From NCBI GenBank assembly GCA_029255845.1, contig JAJVLF010000014.1, positions 1 through 51,361 on the forward strand: a stretch of 51,361 nt of DNA, given 5' to 3'. A model generated the notes under the pieces. The model searched no databases and had not been told where the DNA came from. It worked only from the letters and a program-made list of their open reading frames with translations. Both the position numbers and the translations under genes were made by a program. Positions 46,469 through 51,361 of the stretch are shown here, piece by piece (positions within the stretch are counted from its first letter, which is position 1; every line of letters begins with the position of its first letter). The stretch is from Campylobacterota bacterium. Its GTDB lineage: Bacteria; Campylobacterota; Campylobacteria; Campylobacterales; JAJVLF01.

Positions 46469-48349
46469 TTACTCCTTAATATGCTTTTCAACCGTCTCTA
46501 GCACAGCCTTAACCCCAGAACTTAAAGAAAACAACCAATACTTATGATTAACAATCCACATTTTTAATTTATGTTTTTTCTCTTCTTCATTTTTAGGAGC
46601 AAAGACCACTATACTTGCTAAATTTAATTCTTGATGAATTATAAATGATTGAGTAACATCATAGAAAAGTTTTGAGAATGTTTCATTTTGAAATAATTCT
46701 TTTATTTTATCTATCTCATCGCTTAATTTTGTGAGCTTTTCATAATCTATCAAGTCATCATTTTTTTCATTTTCTGCTTTTTCTATTAAGTCAAATGCAT
46801 CGCATACTTTTTCATATAACTCATCTATTCTTTTTTTTGATTTATTTCCGTATTCTATCCATTCTTCCATCATCTTATGTGCATATTCAAAAGCATTATT
46901 GCTTTCTTCTTCGCTTGGTAAAGTAAGAGTTATTTTTTCTTTTTTCTTTGTTTTATCTATATATTTATCTATAAACTCCGCAAATGGGGCTTCTATCGCT
47001 CCATGTATCCTAGCTCCACCCTCTGTGCAATTAAAGGTAGGCATTGTATCTTTTGTTTCATCTATGGTGCTTTCAAAGTAATTTTTAAATAAAATCCAGC
47101 CATCATAGGTTTTAACTACTCCTTCTCCTCCATAAGCTTCTATTTCTTTATAATCAGAAACTAACTCTTTTTGTGTCGAGCCATATACATTTCCTGCTGA
47201 GTGGCTTTCATTATTTTTACCATAAGATAAATCTTGTCCTATTAAAGCAACTCTTTTAAATTTCATAATATATGAAAGCTCATGAGCCATATTAGAGACA
47301 CTCATACCTATTCCATGATAGCCCCATTCTTTTAAATCATCAAAATAAAATGTATATCCAAATGGTCGCATTACTATACATTTAGAGCCGTGGACTTCTT
47401 CAATTGATTTTTCATTTAAAACAGATGCTAATAAAAATATTTTATCTTTTTGATACTCTTTGCTAGTCCCTGAGAGGATAGAAGCAACTATTTCTGTTCT
47501 CTCAAGAGATGTAATAATATCTGCATGAATGCCATTTTTTTCTAAATGAGGCAAGCTAGCATCAGGGGATATTATGCATACATAATCTTGAATTTCTTTT
47601 AATAAAGGTATCTGCTTATCAAGAGAGGGTCCAGTAGAAACTATGATAGCAGATGAAGTATTTTTTTTATTTACTAATTCTAAAAACCTATAACTACTAA
47701 CCATTTCTTTTAAATTACCCAAATGATTATCGATACCAACCAAAGAGTCTTTAGCATCATTTCCTAAAGAATAAACCATTTGCTTAATAGCTCTAGCCAT
47801 TAAAGTATTAATAGATGACATAAGCTCATAATGATGATTAAGATAATATTCACTAAGAGGGTTTAATGTGAATAATTTAGCGAATATTTTATACTTTTTA
47901 TCCATAAATATAGCATATGCCATAGCATAATTAAAAGTATTAGCATCTACGATAACCAATCTTCTATCTGCTATCTCCTTTTCTAAATCCACAGAGTTTA
48001 AAGCATGGATGATTATCTCATATTCACTTTCAAATACATATATATGCTCATGTTTTGGATTATTTAATAAAACCTTATATAAAATAGAGTTTCCTAAACC
48101 AAAAAAATAAAGCAATGGATAAAGAGGATTTTCTGATTCTATTTTCTTAATCGCAGTTTCTGTTTCATTTAAAGGAGATATATATATGCTAGCCTCTCTT
48201 TTAATATCTAAAATATCTATATCTAAAGGGTCTTTACCTCTTATCATATGGAAGTTTTTCTTATCTTTTGCTTCTAGCACTTTTTTATGTAAAGATGGGT
48301 TTACTTTTTTTAAAGCTTTTATGTTTTTTTTGTAAAATGTGTTTTGCAT
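46469..48349 (-). CDS. Motility accessory factor (Maf family, DUF115/MptE-like; flagellin glycosylation-associated)
   Basis: N-terminal FYKKNIKALKKVNPSLHKKV and a central SLPHLEKNGIHADIITSLER...GQDLSYG region typical of Campylobacter/Helicobacter Maf proteins, 626 aa. Confidence 0.8.
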   Translation of the reverse strand: MQNTFYKKNIKALKKVNPSLHKKVLEAKDKKNFHMIRGKDPLDIDILDIKREASIYISPLNETETAIKKIESENPLYPLLYFFGLGNSILYKVLLNNPKHEHIYVFESEYEIIIHALNSVDLEKEIADRRLVIVDANTFNYAMAYAIFMDKKYKIFAKLFTLNPLSEYYLNHHYELMSSINTLMARAIKQMVYSLGNDAKDSLVGIDNHLGNLKEMVSSYRFLELVNKKNTSSAIIVSTGPSLDKQIPLLKEIQDYVCIISPDASLPHLEKNGIHADIITSLERTEIVASILSGTSKEYQKDKIFLLASVLNEKSIEEVHGSKCIVMRPFGYTFYFDDLKEWGYHGIGMSVSNMAHELSYIMKFKRVALIGQDLSYGKNNESHSAGNVYGSTQKELVSDYKEIEAYGGEGVVKTYDGWILFKNYFESTIDETKDTMPTFNCTEGGARIHGAIEAPFAEFIDKYIDKTKKKEKITLTLPSEEESNNAFEYAHKMMEEWIEYGNKSKKRIDELYEKVCDAFDLIEKAENEKNDDLIDYEKLTKLSDEIDKIKELFQNETFSKLFYDVTQSFIIHQELNLASIVVFAPKNEEEKKHKLKMWIVNHKYWLFSLSSGVKAVLETVEKHIKE

Positions 48350-48430
48350 TTATTATCCTAGAAAATGTATATTTAATAATTAGGCACGGATGTTTCATAT
48401 ATTGATAAAAAAGTATTTATCTTCCAGTAT

Positions 48431-48480
48431 ATGGGACTAAAGTCCCATGTCCTAATTTGGAAGTGAGGTTTTAACCTCAC
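48431..48480. promoter_or_regulatory. Twin perfect 8-2-8 palindromes ATGGGACT-AA-AGTCCCAT (48431-48448) and GTGAGGTT-TT-AACCTCAC (48463-48480), centres 32 bp apart. The first is also enclosed by CTTCCA/TGGAAG (48421-48426 / 48458-48463).
   Basis: Read directly. Half-sites share RTGRGRYT. They are GC-rich islands in a very AT-rich divergent intergenic region (maf on -, small ORF/mnmA on +). They could be operators or two RNA stem-loops. Confidence 0.6.
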
Positions 48481-48683
48481 CCTATCACAAGATAATAAGA
48501 CTAGATATATAATACTAATAAAACAATCGTGTAACCATAAGCAATATGTAAGCCATAGATATAGCAAGATGATAAAACTCTTAAAAGTAAATTTAAAGAA
48601 TGGGGCTATATCTAGCTTTAAACTTATTCCAACATAATCCGATTATAAATTGCAATTACTATAATTTAATATTGGGGGATATT

Positions 48684-48845
48684 ATGCTTACAAACAATCA
48701 AGAGGCGAGTGAGAGCTTGTCATTGGAAAATGACTCTTTAGAAATAGTTGATTTTATTAAAAAAATGCTAAATTCTATCGATATGTCAAATAAATCAAAA
48801 ATACTTACTAGTTTAAATACTTTAAAAACAACTATCAATAAATGA
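48684..48845 (+). CDS. Small acidic protein (53 aa), translationally coupled to mnmA
   Basis: ATG at 48684 with RBS GGGGGA 5 nt upstream and TATAAT at 48660-48665. ATGA overlap with mnmA. The longer ORF-track version (from 48600) has no RBS. Confidence 0.45.
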   Translation: MLTNNQEASESLSLENDSLEIVDFIKKMLNSIDMSNKSKILTSLNTLKTTINK

Positions 48846-49933
48846 AAAAGAAAATTGTTGTTGCTATGTCAGGGGGAGTTGATTCTTCTGTATGTGCTTT
48901 ATTATTGCAAGAACAAGGATATGAGGTTGAGGGGCTTTTTGTAAAAAACTGGGATTATGGGGAGCTTGGGAGTGATTGTCCTAATAGGATTGAGTTTGAA
49001 GATGCTAAGAGGGTTGGGGAATTATTAGGGATTAATGTCGTTGGTAGGAGCTTTGTGCAGGAGTATCAAGATAGGGTTTTTAAGCATTTTATAGCAGGAC
49101 TAGAAAAAGGCTTGACTCCTAATCCTGATATATTATGTAATAAAGAAATGAAATTTAATGTTTTTATGCAAGAAGTTAAAAATATGAATTCAGAAACTAT
49201 TGCTACTGGGCATTATGCTAAAATATCAAAGATAAATGATGAGTATATATTAGCAAAACCTAAAGATGATGATAAAAACCAAACATATTTTCTTCATGCC
49301 TTAAATCAAAAACAGCTTTCTAATGCTATGTTTCCTTTAGCTGATTTAACTAAAAAAGAAGTTCGAGAAATAGCAAGAAAAAATAATCTTCCAGTAAGTG
49401 AAAAGAAAGATAGCACAGGGATATGCTTTATAGGAAAGCAAAAATTTGATACTTTTATATCTAATTATATAAAAAGAGTAGCAGGTGATATAGTAGATGA
49501 TAAAGGTAATAAGGTAGGAGTTCATACAGGCTTAGCTGGATATACGATAGGACAAAGAAAAGGCTTGGGCATTGGTGGGAGTAAATCAGGAGATGGGTCT
49601 GCTTGGTATGTAGCTAAAAAAGATGTGAAAGAAAATAAGCTCTATGTGGTGCAAGATACAAATCATCCATATCTTATGCAAAAAACCATAAAAGCGATAG
49701 AATTTCATTATATATCTAGCATAAAACCAAAAATAAATGATAAAATATTTGCACAAATAAGATATAGGCAAAAGCCTGTTTTATGTATCGTGAAAGATAT
49801 TTCTAAGGATTATTTGGTGGTTGAATTTGAGAAAGCTCAAAGAGCTTCTACTTCGGGGCAGTATTTGGTTATTTATAAAGATGATTATTGTCTTGGTGGT
49901 GGGATTATTATGCCATTACCCGTTAAAAAGTGA
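48842..49933 (+). CDS. mnmA: tRNA-specific 2-thiouridylase
   Basis: PP-loop VAMSGGVDSSV, the NPDILCN motif, catalytic Cys context (STGICFIG). Confidence 0.97.
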   Translation: MKKKIVVAMSGGVDSSVCALLLQEQGYEVEGLFVKNWDYGELGSDCPNRIEFEDAKRVGELLGINVVGRSFVQEYQDRVFKHFIAGLEKGLTPNPDILCNKEMKFNVFMQEVKNMNSETIATGHYAKISKINDEYILAKPKDDDKNQTYFLHALNQKQLSNAMFPLADLTKKEVREIARKNNLPVSEKKDSTGICFIGKQKFDTFISNYIKRVAGDIVDDKGNKVGVHTGLAGYTIGQRKGLGIGGSKSGDGSAWYVAKKDVKENKLYVVQDTNHPYLMQKTIKAIEFHYISSIKPKINDKIFAQIRYRQKPVLCIVKDISKDYLVVEFEKAQRASTSGQYLVIYKDDYCLGGGIIMPLPVKK

Positions 49934-50075
49934 GACATATAATGACTTAGAAAGTAGTTAGTTTTTATTGTTTAAAATATTCGTCCTACTTATTGTAGGT
50001 CAATATTTTAAATGATGAAAAATGACTGCTTTATGAGTTATTAGATGTCTTACTTTTTAGTGGGGAATGGCATTA
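49908..50075 (+). ncRNA. 168-nt extended imperfect hairpin (candidate structured RNA / processing or termination element) spanning the mnmA stop to 20 nt before hisS
   Basis: Arms 49908-49981 and 50002-50075 pair in a single register: 59 Watson-Crick, 10 G-T(U), 5 mismatches, hand counted. Apical CCTAC-ttatt-GTAGG at 49985-49999. Confidence 0.6.
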
Positions 50076-50094
50076 ATTAATTTAAAGGGAGCAA

Positions 50095-51309
50095 ATGAAA
50101 ATATTAAGAGGTATGAGGGATTTATCAGAAGATAATGCGAAAAAAATGGAGCATTTTTTAAGCATTGCTACGAAAAATGCACAAAATATGGGCTTTGGAT
50201 TAATACAAACACCTTTACTAGAGCTTAGTGAGCTTTTTACTAGAGGAGTAGGAAGCTCTAGTGATATAGTAAGTAAAGAGATGTATTCTTTTATTGATAA
50301 AGGAGATAATCAAGTTTCATTAAGACCTGAGGGGACGGCTAGTGTGGTGCGATCGTATTTAGAAAATAAATTCGATAAACAAAAACAAATCAAAAAATAC
50401 TATTATCACGGTGCTATGTTTAGATATGAGCGACCTCAAAAAGGTAGATTTAGACAATTTAATCAATTTGGATGTGAGAGCTTTGGAGTAGAGTCTGTCT
50501 ATGAAGATGCGAATTTGATTTTATTATGTGATAAGATATTTAAAGATTTAAAAATAGAAAATATTTTAGAGATTAATTCACTAGGATGTGATGACTGTAT
50601 GCCTAAATATAAAAAAAATCTCCAAAAACAATGGCTCACATATAAAGATGACTTTTGTGAAGACTGCCATCATAGGATAGATAAAAACCCAATGAGGATT
50701 TTTGATTGTAAAAATAAAAAATGCAATGAAACTAGTCTTAATTTTTCCTTTATTAGTGATAATTTATGCGAATGCTGTCAAAATGACTTTACAAAATTAC
50801 AAAGTATTTTAAAAGAAAATAATATAAATTTTATAATAAACAAAAACCTAGTAAGAGGATTAGATTATTATTCAAAAACAGCATTTGAATTTATAAGCAA
50901 CAATCTAGGCTCTCAAAGTGCCATAGCTGGTGGAGGAAGATATGATAAGCTTATTGATATATTAGGAGGAGATATCGTAGGGGCTATTGGTTTTGCTATA
51001 GGGATAGATAGGATATTAGAGCTTATTAATATGAAAGAGACAAGAGAAGGCATATATTTTGGCTCCTTAGATGAGATATATATAGATAAGCTATATTCTT
51101 TATATGTTCAAAAATCAGATAAAGAAAAAGTATTTATAGAATATACCGCAAAAAAACTACAAAAGCATTTAAAAATAGCAGATAAAAGAAATGCTAGATA
51201 TTGTGCTATATTAGGGGAAGATGAGATGAGTAAAAATAGTATATGGATTAAAGATTTAGAAGATAAAACTGAAAAAATTATTTCTTTTGATAATTTTTTA
51301 ATAAATTAA
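50095..51309 (+). CDS. hisS: Histidine--tRNA ligase
   Basis: RGMRDL, class II motif 2 (MFRYERPQKGRFRQFNQFG) and motif 3 (GGGRYD...GFAIGIDR). RBS AAAGGGAG. Confidence 0.96.
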   Translation: MKILRGMRDLSEDNAKKMEHFLSIATKNAQNMGFGLIQTPLLELSELFTRGVGSSSDIVSKEMYSFIDKGDNQVSLRPEGTASVVRSYLENKFDKQKQIKKYYYHGAMFRYERPQKGRFRQFNQFGCESFGVESVYEDANLILLCDKIFKDLKIENILEINSLGCDDCMPKYKKNLQKQWLTYKDDFCEDCHHRIDKNPMRIFDCKNKKCNETSLNFSFISDNLCECCQNDFTKLQSILKENNINFIINKNLVRGLDYYSKTAFEFISNNLGSQSAIAGGGRYDKLIDILGGDIVGAIGFAIGIDRILELINMKETREGIYFGSLDEIYIDKLYSLYVQKSDKEKVFIEYTAKKLQKHLKIADKRNARYCAILGEDEMSKNSIWIKDLEDKTEKIISFDNFLIN

Positions 51310-51325
51310 AGGGGACCTCTAAAAA
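51307..51325 (-). repeat. Short copy of the dispersed motif (reverse complement TTTTTAGAGGTCCCCTTTAA) just after hisS
   Basis: Matches 40507-40522 (TAGAGGTTCCCTTTA) with one substitution. Confidence 0.65.
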
Positions 51326-51361
51326 CCCAAATAATTTAGATGATGTCAGATTTTTGTCATA

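Noticed and set aside
47661-48341. A8/T8 homopolymers inside the maf gene (47661-47668, 48334-48341) as phase-variation tracts.
   Set aside because: Campylobacter maf phase variation uses poly-G/C tracts. Eight-nt A/T runs are common background in this AT-rich DNA.
48431-48480. Possible RNase P RNA (AAAGTCCCATG resembles the GGAAAGUCC P4 region; GTGAGGTT..AACCTCAC resembles the GUGnGGUAAGAGCnCAC hairpin) or SRP RNA (GTCC...GGAAG).
   Set aside because: The two motifs are only ~25 nt apart, against ~110 nt in RNase P RNA. No ACAGAAnCCGGCUUA-type element is present, and the spacer is too short and too AT-rich. The SRP domain IV consensus is also absent.
48373-48567. 64-aa ORF on the - strand in the maf/mnmA spacer.
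   Set aside because: It has no RBS, an implausible Cys/Trp/Leu-rich product, and it spans the twin palindromes. It is more likely non-coding.
6156-49771. Other embedded or antisense ORF-track entries: 6156..6434, 8239..8436, 8559..8813, 8892..9077, 10614..10892, 12379..12579, 12962..13261, 13772..13966, 16845..17192, 19917..20129, 23126..23476, 24775..25005, 27403..27612, 27919..28122, 28332..28538, 29142..29393, 32990..33202, 33909..34274, 34589..34870, 36265..36489, 37111..37374, 40876..41082, 42215..42400, 45697..45885, 46899..47081, 49586..49771.
   Set aside because: Each lies within or antisense to a well-supported gene. Their translations are the Leu/Ile/Phe/Ser-rich products expected from reading AT-rich coding DNA in the wrong frame.
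1-51361. Visual search for rRNA, tRNA (GGTTCGAATCC-type T-arms), CRISPR arrays (regularly spaced direct repeats) and prophage or integrase genes.
   Set aside because: None seen. A computational scan (tRNAscan-SE, Infernal/Rfam, CRISPR finders) would be needed to exclude small or divergent RNAs.

Overview
AT-rich chromosomal window from a Campylobacterota (epsilonproteobacterial, Helicobacter/Campylobacter-like) genome. The lineage call rests on rppH-lysC-hobA-holB, ndk-DUF177-rpmF-plsX-fabH, katA with an overlapping ankyrin partner, a Maf-family gene and an epsilon-type flagellin. I support about 47 protein genes, mostly housekeeping: uvrC, glyS, addA, prmC, miaA, pyrG, ribE, a UvrD/PcrA helicase, PMM/PGM, pgi, galU, mnmG, speA, mnmA and hisS. 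Two are below the ORF-track size cut-off (rpmF and a 50-aa lipoprotein). I saw no rRNA, tRNA or CRISPR array. Several genes start on TTG or GTG (uvrC, addA, pyrG, plsX, the LRR gene, speA, DUF177). The accessory or odd spots are listed here. (1) 1-1240: a decayed toxin-antitoxin locus fused to an IS110-type transposase tail. (2) 3908-5174: an internally deleted transposase, a small lipoprotein and short dispersed repeats. (3) 19087-22888: a 1248-aa secreted PKD-repeat protein behind a sigma54-like promoter, unusually rich in D/E-X-N-X-S/T sequons. (4) 28779-29671: an antitoxin-like gene translationally coupled to a cytoplasmic LRR protein. (5) 40670-42692: two DUF1566 (Lcl-like) exported proteins plus an unknown gene. 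(6) 48431-48480: twin 18-bp palindromes upstream of maf. (7) 49908-50075: a 168-nt near-perfect hairpin bridging mnmA and hisS, whose mismatch pattern (10 G-U, 0 A-C) points to selection at the RNA level on the + strand. My best candidates for something undescribed are (7), (4) and (3). None can be proven from sequence alone. All hand-called coordinates were counted by eye and could be off by a base or two.
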